A stretch of DNA of 45,300 nucleotides from Octopus bimaculoides (Eukaryota), in NCBI RefSeq assembly GCF_001194135.2, contig NC_069000.1, positions 35,375,388 to 35,420,687 on the forward strand. The letters are read 5' to 3'. Position 1 is the stretch's first letter, and each line of letters opens with the position of its first letter. The notes beneath the pieces are model-generated. The model had not been told where the DNA came from. It made no database searches and worked only from the letters and a program-made list of their open reading frames with translations. Made by a program: the position numbers and the translations under genes. Shown piece after piece: positions 23,382 through 36,991 of the stretch.

Positions 23382-26300
23382 TAATATAAAATTATTTTGA
23401 TATGTAAACACATATAAATCATAAATATACTTTTATGAGATCTTATGAGGTTGTATATCCGTATTAGAAATCAATGAGGATATTAAAAGATGCACATGGT
23501 GGATGTAAAGTGGTAATCCATATAGATGAAACGGTGGTAGAAGATGATTTTAAGAAGAATCTTCAGCAGGTACAAACTCTAATGACTGTTTCGAGAATAT
23601 GTAGGTTGAAATGGGCAAATTATTTCTAACCATAACAAACATCTACAATTCTCTCACTGAAGGTAATTTAAGAGGATTTACAAAAGTGGTTTTTTTTTTA
23701 ATTTTAAAAAACAAGAATGTTTTAAGACTTTTTAAAATTCGAAGGCTGTATCGAAAGAGCATACAGTTCAGGTGAATGATCTATAATAAGAGCTGAGTTT
23801 ACATGTTTAAGTAGATTATAAAACTATTGATAATATTGTTTTAAGATGAATCCAAATGCGCAATGGATAAACAGGTTAAAATCATATAAACTAATTATTT
23901 TTGGAAAAAATTATATATATTATAATATGTGTATATACTTGTGTGCATACATACACACACACATACATAGACATGTACACATATATTAATATATATATAT
24001 TAATGTGTGTGTGTGTGTATCATCATTTAAAGTCCATTTTCCATGCTGGTAAGTTGGGGAGCTGCACCATGTTCCAACCTGATTTGGCATGGTTTCTACT
24101 GTTGAATGTCCTTCATAATGCCAACCACTCCAAGAATGTAGTCCATGCCCTTTCCATGCCACTGGCATGGGGGTGCCAGTTATGAAACACCAGCATTGGT
24201 CATGACTATAATCTCGCTTGGCTTCACAGATCTTAGTATGTATAATATATATATATATTATACATACACATGTATTATACATACATATATATTATACATA
24301 TACAAGTTATTATTTATAGGTTAATATGTATAGTTAAAACAAATTATTTCACTTTGTCTCAAAGTTTCTAAATTCTTATAATGTAAACAACATACAATTC
24401 TCAATAGCAAGTATATAGCTTCTAAAATAGAGAAAATTTAAAGGGTTGCTTTGGTCTAATGGTAGAACTCCTGTGATGCTTGCAAATGTGGGTTCAAGCC
24501 CCATGGACATCCTTTGACTTTTTCTCTCTGAAAGTCTTTTTTTTACCCCGATATTTACAAGTTATTATTTATAGTTTTATCTACTTCGGTTTTACAATTA
24601 GAAATGAATTGCCAGTGATGGTGCCTCTTAAAAAGCACTCTGCCCACACTGTGGGGTGGTTGGTGTTTAGAAGAGCATCCAGCTGTAAAAACCATGCCAA
24701 AACAGACATAGAAGTCTGGTGCAGTCTTCTGCTTGGTCAGCTCTTGTCAAACCATCCAACCCATGCCAGCAAGGAAGGCAGACATTAAACGATGATGACG
24801 ATGTACAATTAGTACTGCATATTTATTTGTTCATAAAATTTTACTTACCATATATCAATATATGTAAAAGCATGTGGCCTAGTGGTTAGAGCATTGCACT
24901 CACAATTGCAAGATCATGGGTTCACTTCCTGGAGTGGGTGGCACGTTGTGTTATTGAGCAAAACACTTAATTTCACATTGCTCCAGTCAAAACAGAATGG
25001 TCTTCCAATCAGGGTAAGTGTTGACCTACTCGTCTCGCCAGCGGGGTGGCTTCATTTGGAAGCTAAAACAGTGCAGAGTGCATTATGACCCGTGGTGAAT
25101 AACAACATCTGATAGTCTGCTCAATACCATGATACTGTGATATCAATACACTTAAGCATACACGTACACACATATATTCATGTGTGTGTGTGAGCCATTC
25201 CATCTATGCCAATAAAAATAATCAATATGTAGTCTTCTGTGTCCAGTGTGTAAGTTTGGTGGTAGATACATCCTGGGAGTTCATCTTCGTTAATTAGCTT
25301 CAGCACAGATGAAGTCAATAACAGCTTACCTTCCCAGAAAATATCAAAATTCATTTTATTTACTTAACGATGACATCGTTAATGAAATTCACTTAGGATT
25401 TTTACAACATTCTGATTGAATTGCCATTTTTGGCAAACAAAAAAAGCCTCATCCAAAGCCAGTATCTAAATTGATTCAAATTTTCTTTTTTTCTTTTTCT
25501 TCCTTTTCTATTTTTCTTCTTTTTTCTTTGTTTTTTTTTTCTTTTTCTTTAAATTAACGAAACTTATATTTTGTTTTTGTATTGAGTTTGCAAGATTCTT
25601 GTGTTGAAATATATTTTGTTGTATCTTGGGAGTGTCATTATGCCAATACTAAGCACACACACACACTGGTTCAGTTTCACTTCTGTTATTATTATTATTA
25701 TTATCATCATCATCAGTAGTAGTAATAGTAGTAGTAGTAGTAGTAAGGTGGCGAGCTAGCAGAGTCATTAGCATGCCGGGCAAAATCCTTAGTAGCATTT
25801 TGTCTGTCTGCATGATCTGAGTTCAAGTTCTGCCAAGGACAACTTTGCCTTTCATCCTTTCAGGGTCGATAGATTAAGTAGCAGTGAAACACTGGGGGGT
25901 CAATGTAATCATCTAGTCCCCTCCCCAAACAAATTTCAGGCCTTGTGCCTTTAGTAGAAAGGATTATTATTATTATTAGTCAGTTGGTTAATCATTCAGA
26001 AGAAGATTTGGAGTACAGAAGGCATATCATTGATGATGTCGTGAATGGCAACAAAAGGACTTTGACAAACCAGGCTGAATTATTGGTTTCAAATAATTTG
26101 GTACAATGCCAGCAATTTCGGTGGGGGAGGTATTAAGTCAATTACATCAACCCCACTCCTCAATGGGTATTTATTTTATGGACCCTAAAAAGATCAAAGG
26201 CAAAGCCAGCCTTGGCAGAATTTGAACTCAGAACATAATAAAGACAGACGAAATGCCACTAAGCATTTGGCACAGCACTGTAACGATTCTTACAGTACAC

Positions 26301-26449
26301 TACCACCTAACTGATTTATTGGTTGACTGGAGACTTAATCAAATAATTGATTAGTTAAATGGTTCACTAATTGACAAATAATAACACTGAGTAACACAAG
26401 TTTTGTCTTTGGGTAAAATCTGTTATTTCCTATTTGCTTACTCCTAGGT

Positions 26450-26830
26450 GGAGGCGCAATGGCCCAGTGGTTAGGGCAGCGGACTTGCGGTCATAGGATC
26501 GCGGTTTCGATTCCCAGACCGGGCGTTGTGAGTGTTTATTGAGCGAAAACACCTAAAAGCTCCACGAGGCTCCGGCAGGGGATGGTGGCGAACCCTGCTG
26601 TACTCTTTCACCACAACTTTCTCTCACTCTTACTTCCTGTTTCTGTTGTACCTGTATTTCAAAAGGGCCAGCCTTGTCACACTGTGTCACGCTGAATATC
26701 CCCGAGAACTACGTTAAGGGTACACGTGTCTGTGGAGTGCTCAGCCACTTGCACGTTAATTTCACGAGCAGGCTGTTCCGTTGATCGTATCAACTGGAAC
26801 CCTCGACGTCGTAACCGACGGAGTGCCAAA
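26450..26830 (+). mobile_element. SINE family A, full length
   Basis: Near-identical to the other two A copies; probable TSD gcttac(t/c)cctag at 26436-26447 and 26844-26855. Confidence 0.88.
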
Positions 26831-27515
26831 GGAAAAGGAGAAGGCTTACCCCTAGAAACTATGAAAAATGGTTAATATTTCCTTCAAGCTTTGCTTTTGT
26901 TACTATATTTATTCAAATCCAAAAGAATCCTTCTCAAGACATGGCTATGATTCTCCCCACTTACTCCTGCTCACAATCAGATATGCAGATATTGTCAGCC
27001 ACTAAGGGACATACTCCAGTGGTTACGGTCAAGCAACTAACAAGCAAGTCTGTAGTATTGAGCAGAATATTTGCTATAACAATATTTCTGCTTCAGCAAC
27101 TCAATGATGAATCTCTCTGAAATGTAATGGAAAATAGTTCAGTTTTAAAACATGCTTGAAAACAGGTGAAGGTTGGCAAAAGCAAAAGTTTGGAGGGAAT
27201 AGCAGTCATTTCCTGTGATTTCTAGATAGAAGCAAATAGGAAATAACACTTATTGACTAAAGACAAAAAAAATTTTAATTTTGTTATACAGTGTAATAAT
27301 AATAAAAGAAGTGACATAGAGTCACTGCATGTGTTTATTGATATAATGACCCTCCCAAAATACAACAAAATGAAACTTAAACTTATTCATTTGAGTTGCT
27401 TGAAATATTTAGCTTTGTTTTCTTTCTTAACATTTTATCATAACTAAGTTTGTTTTCTGTGGTTTGTTTTTTTGTTTTTTTCTTATTCATACTTTTTTTT
27501 TCTTCTTGTTGCAAG

Positions 27516-27645
27516 TGATGAAAACATAAACATGAAAGGCTTGGTGCAGTCATGGCTGCAGAGTCAAGACGAACTGCAACAGATGAAGCTCAGTACCTGG
27601 ATAGATGACTATTTCTACAGTGCTCTTGACTGGGTCATCAGGCAG
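27516..27645 (+). CDS. DYNC2H1: Dynein-2 heavy chain exon 8 (S-DENINMKGLVQSWLQSQDELQQMKLSTWIDDYFYSALDWVIRQ)
   Basis: Pyrimidine tract plus gcaag|, donor cag|gtgaga, phases 2/0. Confidence 0.92.
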
Positions 27646-29971
27646 GTGAGAGACACTTAACCTTTGACAGGTGTTCTTCACCTTAATTACACTCATCATC
27701 ATCATCATCATTTAACATCCTCTTTCCTGTGCTTGCATGGTTCAGACGGAATTTGTTGAGGCTGATTTTCTTACAGCTTCACACCTCACCTGTTTCCAAG
27801 CAAGGTAATGTTTCTCCCCCTGATTTTCATAGAAGACTGGAAATGATCAACCTCACTTGTATGATGATGATGCTCATTTACAACCTTCACACGATGTCTA
27901 GATAAGGGTACACACAAATACATACACACATATATACACAACCACCCAGACATGCACTCATATATATATATATAATAGTATAGCTTTAACTATTACACCG
28001 GTTAAATATGTACTAATTTTATCTTCATTATTATTTTAAACTTAAACTTCGTTCAACTTGTATTTAAAACAATGATAATTTATGTAAGATGTTTTTTGTA
28101 TATAATATACATGTTATTATAATGGATGAAGGAATGATTATTGAATGGTTATTATTTTGATATTATGATATTTTTTAAATAATTTTTCTATCTTTATATA
28201 ATAAGTATTCATATTAATTCATTTGGTACTTATTGTTGGTTATCTAATTATTGTTCTACTTACGATCTGACGAGTAGCTATATTTTTGAATAGAACTTAT
28301 TTTCGATAATTTCAATTGATTNNNNNNNNNNNNNNNNNNNNNNNNNNNNNNNNNNNNNNNNNNNNNNNNNNNNNNNNNNNNNNNNNNNNNNNNNNNNNNN
28401 NNNNNNNNNNNNNNNNNNNNNNNNNNNNNNNNNNNNNNNNNNNNNNNNNNNNNNNNNNNNNNNNNNNNNNNNNNNNNNNNNNNNNNNNNNNNNNNNNNNN
28501 NNNNNNNNNNNNNNNNNNNNNNNNNNNNNNNNNNNNNNNNNNNNNNNNNNNNNNNNNNNNNNNNNNNNNNNNNNNNNNNNNNNNNNNNNNNNNNNNNNNN
28601 NNNNNNNNNNNNNNNNNNNNNNNNNNNNNNNNNNNNNNNNNNNNNNNNNNNNNNNNNNNNNNNNNNNNNNNNNNNNNNNNNNNNNNNNNNNNNNNNNNNN
28701 NNNNNNNNNNNNNNNNNNNNNNNNNNNNNNNNNNNNNNNNNNNNNNNNNNNNNNNNNNNNNNNNNNNNNNNNNNNNNNNNNNNNNNNNNNNNNNNNNNNN
28801 NNNNNNNNNNNNNNNNNNNNNNNNNNNNNNNNNNNNNNNNNNNNNNNNNNNNNNNNNNNNNNNNNNNNNNNNNNNNNNNNNNNNNNNNNNNNNNNNNNNN
28901 NNNNNNNNNNNNNNNNNNNNNNNNNNNNNNNNNNNNNNNNNNNNNNNNNNNNNNNNNNNNNNNNNNNNNNNNNNNNNNNNNNNNNNNNNNNNNNNNNNNN
29001 NNNNNNNNNNNNNNNNNNNNNNNNNNNNNNNNNNNNNNNNNNNNNNNNNNNNNNNNNNNNNNNNNNNNNNNNNNNNNNNNNNNNNNNNNNNNNNNNNNNN
29101 NNNNNNNNNNNNNNNNNNNNNNNNNNNNNNNNNNNNNNNNNNNNNNNAAGTAAATCTAAGACATTTCAATTCAGAAAGAATTTATTAAAATGATTTTAAA
29201 ATTATATAAAGAAAATATAGAATACTACCAGTTTCAATGATGAATCTCATCGTATCAAATATTTGTAAAAATTTATAAAAATTTGAAATAAAAACAGTTT
29301 ATCTTCTGTTCAGGGGTCAAAAACATGTCTGGAGTTTTTTCATTGAAGTCTTCCTTAAATATAGAGTTTGAGGTATTAGAGAGAAAGAGAGGGGGTGTAG
29401 TTATTTATTGTCTTAAAATAATTCTGTGTAGGTTCCTGTCAAGGGATGTGTATTCTACTTGCATTTATTGTTGTGTGATTGTTGGATATAGTCTTCTAAA
29501 TTTGTTTAAAACTGAATGCTTTCTTGATATCTGCCTGGATTTTTCAATCCCACATAAAAAGCATCCAGTTCACACTGTAATGGGGTTGGCCTTTGGAAAG
29601 ATATCCAGCTGTAGAAATCATGCCTAAACTGACTTTGCCTGTGCTTGTGCCATTTGAAAAGCAATCTGCAAATTGGTTGGTGTTAGGAAGGGAATCCGGC
29701 CGTAAAAACCCTTCCAAAACAGACACAGTAGCCTGGGGTAGTCTTTTACCTGGCTGGCTCCTGTCAACTGTCCTACCCATGTATGCATGGTAGGCAGACA
29801 TTTATAATTTCAAGAAATTCAGAATATTTGACAGCAAAAATATGCATAGAGACAATCACATCTTTATTATAGAATTCATTTTATAAAGCCAACAATTGTT
29901 TCTATTGTATTAACATATTTAGATGTAGAAAATACCGTTGAAATTAACATTGATATAACATACACACACAC

Positions 29972-30382
29972 GTGTGGTAAGTAACTTGCTTGTGAACTAC
30001 ATGGTTCCGGGTTCAGTCTCACTGCGTGGCACCTTGGGCAAGTGTCTTCTACTATAGCCTTGGGCCGACCAAAGCCTTGTGAGTGGATTTGGTAGACGGA
30101 AACTGAAAGAAGTCTGTCATATATATGTATATATATATATGTATATATATATGCATGTGTGTGTGTATATGTTTGTGTGTCTGTTTGTCTCCCCCCCCCC
30201 AACATCGCTTGACAACCGATGCTGGTGTGTTTATGTCCCCGTTATGTAGCAGTTCGGCAAAAGAGACCGATAGAATAAGTACTAGGCTTACAAAGAATAA
30301 GTCCTGGGGTCGATTTGCTTGACTAAAGGTGGTGCTCCAGCATGGCCACAGTCAAATGACTGAAACAAGTAAAAGAGTAAGA
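29972..30382 (+). mobile_element. SINE family C, followed by an RTE-like G tail (30385-30530)
   Basis: Closely similar to the 20519 copy. Confidence 0.8.
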
Positions 30383-30619
30383 TATACCTAGTCATGGGGA
30401 AATATTACCTTGCTTGGAAACAGGGTAGGGTTGGCAACAGGAAGGACATCCAGCCATAGAAAATATGCCTCAACACATTTCATTTGACCCATGCAAGTGT
30501 GGAAAAGTGAACATTAAATGATGATGATATTTTTCAAAATAAATTTACCATAATCTCGCTTCTGTAAGAATAAAATCAAGCATAGAAAAATCCTTACCGT
30601 TGTTTTCCAATTATTCCAG

Positions 30620-30775
30620 AACGACTTGGTTGTGGAGACCAGCTTGGTTGGCATTTTAAAAAATGGCCTTTCACATCTTGGCCAAGCTAAAAGCAAAGCT
30701 CACTTTGCTGTGTGTTTAATTCGAGGACTAGGAGCCAACTTGAATCCGAAATCCAGAGCAGCTCTTGCAGAAGAA
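30620..30775 (+). CDS. DYNC2H1: Dynein-2 heavy chain exon 9 (NDLVVETSLVGILKNGLSHLGQAKSKAHFAVCLIRGLGANLNPKSRAALAEE)
   Basis: Acceptor ttccag|, donor gaa|gtaagt, phase 0/0. VVETSLVG..NGLSHL and LIRGLG.NL match dynein-2. Confidence 0.93.
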
Positions 30776-30942
30776 GTAAGTGTAAACCTTTTATCTTTCT
30801 TTTGTCTTTTGTCGTTTACATGCTTCAGTCCTTGGACTCTGACCATACTGGACACCATCTTGTGTAATATTAGTTGAACAAATTGACCCCAGTACTTATG
30901 GTTTTTCTTTTTCTTTTTAAGTCTGGTACTTGTTCTATTGTG

Positions 30943-31172
30943 GCGGTGCGTGGCTTAGTGGTTAGGGTGTCAGCATCATGATCGTAAGATTGTGGTTTCG
31001 ATTCCTGGACCGGGCGACGCGTTGTGTTCTTGAGCAAAACACTTCATTTCACGTTGCTCCAGTCCACTCAGCTGGCAAAAATGAGTAATGCTGTGATGGA
31101 CTGGCGTCCCTTCCAGCTGGAAAACATACACCACTGAAACCGGGAAACCGGGCCAGGCTTTGAAAGGGCGCA
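30943..31172 (+). mobile_element. SINE family A' with alternative tail (gatggactggcgtcc...aaagggcgca)
   Basis: Second copy at 31612-31860(+). Related copies at 6790-6983(-), 7030-7655(-, split), 12560-12732(-), 17902-18125(+), 24868-25130(+). Confidence 0.8.
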
Positions 31173-31611
31173 TTTATTTATTACTTGTTCTATTAGCCGC
31201 TTTTGCCAAACTGCTAAGTTACAGGGATGCAAACAAACCAACACTAGTTGTCAAGTACCAGTGGTGGGGGACACAAACAAAAGAACACATACACATATAT
31301 CCATGCATACATCCTATCATCATCCTCATTTAACGTCCTCCTTCAATACTGGCATGGGTTAGATGGTTTGTCAAGAGCTGGCAAGTTAGAAAACTGTGTC
31401 AAGGTTTGGCATGGGTTTTATGGCAGCATTTCATCTGACTTTATGTTTTGAGTTCAAATGCTACTGAAGTAGAATTTTCTTTCCATCTTTTCAGGGTGGG
31501 GGTGATAAAATAAGTACCAGTTGAGCATTAGGGCTTCTATAATCAACTTCCCCATCCCTTCCAAATTGCTGGCCTTATGCCAAAAATTATCGTCACTATT
31601 ATTATTATTAA

Positions 31612-31860
31612 TGGAGGTGCGTGGCCTAGTGGTTAGGGTGTCAGCACCATGATTGTAAGATTGGGGTTTCGATTCCTGGACCGGGCAATGCATTGTGTTC
31701 TTGAGCAAAACACTTCATTTCACGTTGCTCCAGTCCACTCAGCTCGCAAAAATGAGTAACGCTGTGTGATGGACCGGCGTCCTGTCCAGCTGGGGAACAC
31801 ATACGCCATTGAAACCGGGAAACCAGGCCCATGAGCTTGGCTAGGCTTTAAAAGGGCGCA
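31612..31860 (+). mobile_element. SINE family A' with alternative tail
   Basis: ggaggtgcgtggcctagtggttagggtgtcagc head; closely similar to the 30943 copy. Confidence 0.8.
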
Positions 31861-33863
31861 AAAAAAAAAATATTATTATTATTAAGGCGATGAGCTGGCA
31901 GAATCGTTAGCACGCCGGGCAAAATGCTTGGTGGCATTTTATCTCTCTTTGCATTCTGAGTTCAAATTCCATTGATATCAACTTTGCCTTTCATCCTTTC
32001 GGCCTTTTGGGATCGATAAATTAAGTACCAGCCAAGTACTGGGGGTCGATGTGATCAACTATCCCCATCTCCATAAATTCCAGGCCTTGTGTCTATAGTA
32101 GAAAGGATTATGTTCAGGCCTTGTGCTTTTAATAGAAAGGATCATTATTATTATTATCATTTTTATCATTATTATTATTATTATTAATTCCAACTTCCAC
32201 TTGAAAAGGAAGGTGTTTATGGAGATGGAAGTGACCTCCTGTGAAATTGCCAAAAGGGGAGTTGACTATAGTGAAAATGGTTAGAAGAGAGGAAACTACT
32301 CTAAACATGTATCTATAGATTGGAGAACAACAGCTGAAAGATGTGAGAGGGCAAGCTGACTTTGCCATCAGGGTGGGGTTTACAGTACTCTTTGATAGAT
32401 TTGAGCCAGAATCCCTCCTGTATCAGGAGGACTAATCATATCAGTGACCAGGTCACAGTTGGTGTGATGAAACATTTTTGACACCAAATAATGAATGTTT
32501 AAGTGAAGTTAATAGTTTTGTTTTGTGCGTTTTGGGATGGCTAATATATGTAATCCAAGCTGTAATTGTTTTAGCTTCAACACATGGTCTTGGATCATAT
32601 CACTTGCCAGGCAAGTACATCTCTGAAAAATATATTGATCCATATATTCATATCTGAAGGTGCATGGCTCAGTGGTTAGAATGTTGAGCTCACAATCATG
32701 AGGTAGTGAGTTCAATTCCCCAGCACAAATTGTAACCTGTGACAATTAAAGAAATCCTCCTCCTCCTATCATCATCATCATCATCATCATCATCAACACC
32801 ATTCACCATCATTTTTCTTTTCTTTTTTTTTCATTTTTTTTGGTGCTGCTTGTTTCAAGTCTTTCCATTGTTTCACAGACCAAGCAGGTTTGAAAATCAG
32901 AGATTTTTGTCTGTGCGACAAGAAAAAAAAAATTTGGACAGATTGAAAAATCATGATAGCAGTTTGCAGAAAATCTCTGACAGGATTCATGACAAGTACA
33001 CTTGTGCTGTGACTTTCTTTGTATCATAAATAACACCCATAAGGCATTTTTTTTATATTTACTTCTATGTAATGCCAGGGCATATTATATCTGAGTGTAA
33101 AAAATATATGTAAACAAGTGAGAAAAAAAATAGAGTTTGCAGTACATTTAAGATCATGTTGTACAAAGTAAATACAGTTTTATAACATCTATTATTTTCT
33201 TGGTGCGCTATCATCATCATCAACAACATTTAGCATTCATATTCCATGCTGGCATGGGTTGGGTAGTTTGGCAGGATCCAAGAGGTCAGAAGGTTGTGTT
33301 GTACTCCAATGTCAACTTTGTCAGGGTTTGTTTCTACAGCTAGATTCCCTTCCTCACACCAACCAGTCTACAGAGTGTGCTGGGTGCTTTTTTATGTGGC
33401 ACCAGCACTAGTGAGATCACCAAGTCGCTTGCAAGATCAGACCCCTTGATAGAGGGGAGTTTAGACTGTTAAAGGAGGTGGCTTATCACAGGTGTTGAGA
33501 AGCAAGAGTACGATAAAGGGATAGGACTAGGTGTCTTGTTGTGGAGGAGAGACATGGCTGCCCCCAGCGGGAGTAGGAGAGAAGATGGTGGCGATGAGAT
33601 GGCAGAGCGTCCCCTCAAGGTGCTAGAGGGTGAATATGAGGAGGACGAGGACAGAGGAACAAGTGATGTGAGGATAGGGGCAGAGGATGAGGTAAGTTCA
33701 CAAGAATGTGAAGTGAATTACAGATGGTTAAAGATAAGGAATATGAAGATATAGGGGATACAGTGAATGACAAATAGGGGAGGAAGCATGGTCAGTGACG
33801 ATTATCAGATTGGTGGAAGGTTAACATACTTTAATCAATGATTTACAATAAAAAGAACATAGG

Positions 33864-34522
33864 CGCAGGAGTGGTTGTGTGGTAAGTAGCTTGCTTACCA
33901 ACCACATGGTTCCGGGTTCAGTCCCACTGCGTGGCACCTTGGGCAAGTGTCTTCTACTATAGCCCCGGGCCGACCAAAGCCTTGTGAGTGAATTTGGTAG
34001 ATGGAAACTGAAAGAAGCCCATCGTATNNNNNNNNNNNNNNNNNNNNNNNNNNNNNNNNNNNNNNNNNNNNNNNNNNNNNNNNNNNNNNNNNNNNNNNNN
34101 NNNNNNNNNNNNNNNNNNNNNNNNNNNNNNNNNNNNNNNNNNNNNNNNNNNNNNNNNNNNNNNNNNNNNNNNNNNNNNNNNNNNNNNNNNNNNNNNNNNN
34201 NNNNNNNNNNNNNNNNNNNNNNNNNNNNNNNNNNNNNNNNNNNNNNNNNNNNNNNNNNNNNNNNNNNNNNNNNNNNNNNNNNNNNNNNNNNNNNNNNNNN
34301 NNNNNNTGTGCGTGTGTGTGTTTGTCCCCCCAACATCGCTTGACAACCAATGCTGGTGTGTTTACGTCCCCGTAACTTAGCGGTTTGGCAAAAGAGACCG
34401 ATAGAATAAGTACTAGGCTTACAAAGAATAAGTCCTGGGGTCGATTTCCTCAACTAAAGGCGGTGCTCCAGCATGGCCTCAGTCAAATGACTGAAACAAG
34501 TAAAAGAGTAAAGTAAAAGAGT
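33864..34522 (+). mobile_element. SINE family C, full length; assembly gap in its internal microsatellite
   Basis: 5' half ends gaagcccatcgtat at the gap; 3' half resumes tgtgcgtgtgtgtgtttgtcccccc. Confidence 0.8.
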
Positions 34523-34929
34523 AATTCTTCTGAAACTTTAATACCTTTCTTAAACTAATTCTAATTCTTTAGTTTCAGTTCCAGAACTGCAGTCACATGG
34601 AGCACTGCCATTATTTTGTTGATAATTTATTGTCAAAACTACTGTGAATTGACATAGATACACTTCACTTGCTGCTAATAATGTAACTTAAGTTCTGAGT
34701 TCAAATTCTGTCGAGGTCAACTTTGCCTTTCATCCTTTCGGGGTCAATTAAATAAGTGCCAGTTACTCAATGGGGTCGATGTAATCGACTTAATCCCTTT
34801 GTCTGTCCTTGTTTGTCCCCTCTTTGTTTATCCCCCTGTAGGCAATAAAGAAATAAATACTATGACTTACTTCTCGTGAGCTAATTATGAAGCTTCTATC
34901 TGGTCACTTGATCTTTTAGAAATAGCAAC

Positions 34930-35140
34930 CAAATCTTTTCCACTTGTTTCAGTTTTTGGCCTGCAAACATGCTGGGGCTCTGCCTTGGACAGTTTTAGTT
35001 CAATGAATCAAACTCAGTACTTATTTTCAAAGCTTCGTACTTATTGTTTGGTGACTCCTTGTCAAAGTGCTTAGCTATGGAGACATAAACAAACCAACAT
35101 TGATTGTTATACAGTGGTCAGAGACAAACATAAACACACA

Positions 35141-35187
<47 letters not shown>

Positions 35188-35313
35188 GCAGGGTGTCCAC
35201 AAAGTCTGGGTTCATGGGGATTAACACATACTTTAAGAAATTATTATTTCTTATATTTAATTGCTTATGTTATGATTTTATTTACTCCATGTACCCAGAC
35301 CTTGTGGACACCC

Positions 35314-35359
<46 letters not shown>

Positions 35360-35518
35360 GCTTCTTTCAGTTTCCCGTCTACCAAATCCACTCACAAGGT
35401 TTTAATCAGCCTGAGACTATAGCAGAAGACACTTGCCCAAGGTGGCATGTAGTGGGATTGAACCCAGAATCATGTGGTTGAGAAGCAAACTTCTTACCAC
35501 ACAGCCATGCTTGTGCCT
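34930..35518 (-). mobile_element. SINE family C (diverged), hosting a MITE in its microsatellite
   Basis: Reverse complement of the C head at 35355-35518 and of the C tail at 34930-35135. Confidence 0.7.
35189..35315. mobile_element. Tc1/mariner-like MITE (127 bp)
   Basis: ~29-bp TIRs cagggtgtccacaa(a/g)gtctgggt(t/a)catgg; inserted in (TA)n. Confidence 0.8.
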
Positions 35519-36991
35519 ATAAATCTCTCATAAACCACACCCTGCTGCCTTTAACCCTTTAAATACCAACCTGCCTGAAACCACCCTTGGTCCTATGATA
35601 CAAACTTCCCATTTTAAAGTAATCTGAATTAAAATTTCCATTAAAATTCCATGTTAATTTATTTTCCAAATCCCAGCTGAATAATGTCAGAGTTATTTTA
35701 ATATTTTTTTTTTTTATCCTTTTCAAAATTTATTGAAAAACAAAGGCAATGAAGGGCAAATGTATACAGGATGATCATGATACAACCATAGGGCTGGCTA
35801 CTCAGTCAAGTTTGACTCAGGGCTAAACAACGACAGCAATTTTTCTGGTCAACAAAATTGCTTTCTTTTCTAAGTTTTCACAAGATTTGTAAATTTTATA
35901 TCTTAGTCTTCAAATCCTTCAGATTATTTGTAACTAATTAATTCTGGAGTTTTCTTTCATCCTTCTCTTGTGTTGGCTTCCTACCATACACTGTCTACGT
36001 AACTTTCCTCCACCTACTATGATACCTCTTTATTGATTGGAACTCTATTTAATATCATTACCATCAACCATTTCATGTCTAAATACAAGGTGGTATCAAA
36101 ATGTTCCCAGACTCTTTTACTCTTTTACTTGTTTCAGTCATTTGACTGCGGCCATGCTGGAGCACCACCTTTCGTTGAGCAAATCAACTCCGGGACTTAT
36201 TCTTTGTAAGCCTAGTACTTATTCTATTGGTCTCTTTTGCCGAGCCGCTACATGACGGGGACATAAACACACCAGCATCGGTTGTCAAGCAATGCTAGGG
36301 GCACAAACACAGACACACAAATACACACTTTGCCTTTCTTCCTTTCGGGGTTGATTAAATAAGTACCAGTTACGCACTGGGGTCGATGTAATCGACTTAA
36401 TCCGTTTGTCTGTCCTTGTTTGTCCCCTCTGTGTGTAGCACCTTGTGGGCAGTAAAGAAATAAGAAACCGTGCCAGATCAGACTGGAACCTGGTGCAGCT
36501 CTCCAGCTTACTGGTTCCAGCTAAACTGTCTGACCCATGCCAGCATGAAAAGCAGATGCTAAATGGTGATGATGTTGATGGTATATATGTACAATAGGTG
36601 CATGCATGGCTACACCAAATTCCATTGGAAAGGAAAGTGAGGTTGGAGAGGGTGATATTGGGCCACCACTCCCAGTAAATTTGAAAAGGGCATGAATAAT
36701 ATGAGAATGGTACAAGTGAAAGGACCTTCTCTAAGAATGTGTCCGTACGCTGAAAATTATGGAGGAGTGAGGGCTGTTAGTGAGCAGGTTCCCTTGGAAT
36801 CTGGGGGTTTTTTTTGGTTGCCCTAAAAGTCCTCCTGTGTCATTCTAATAATATTGTATACCATATATTATATACTTTTTTTTATTAAATGGTTTAATTT
36901 TCTGTAAATCCCAATACTTTATCCTGTCATTGTTTTGTTGCCGTTATCTGTTGCCCTGTTGGCAAATGAGAAAAATTGTTGTTGTTATTCT

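Noticed and set aside
23580-23665. GAGAAT/ATTCTC stem followed by GAAACAGTC on the minus strand
   Set aside because: The CUGANGA box is absent (cagtga).
25364-25382. ttaacgatg-a-catcgttaa 9-bp perfect palindrome
   Set aside because: Short and isolated; no further support for function.
28261-28310. CTGACGA-gtagctat...atag-aac on the + strand
   Set aside because: GAAA box and stems I and III are missing.
32739-33029. 96-aa ORF with a preceding AG acceptor
   Set aside because: No recognisable motif, no good donor, and not needed for the dynein reading frame.
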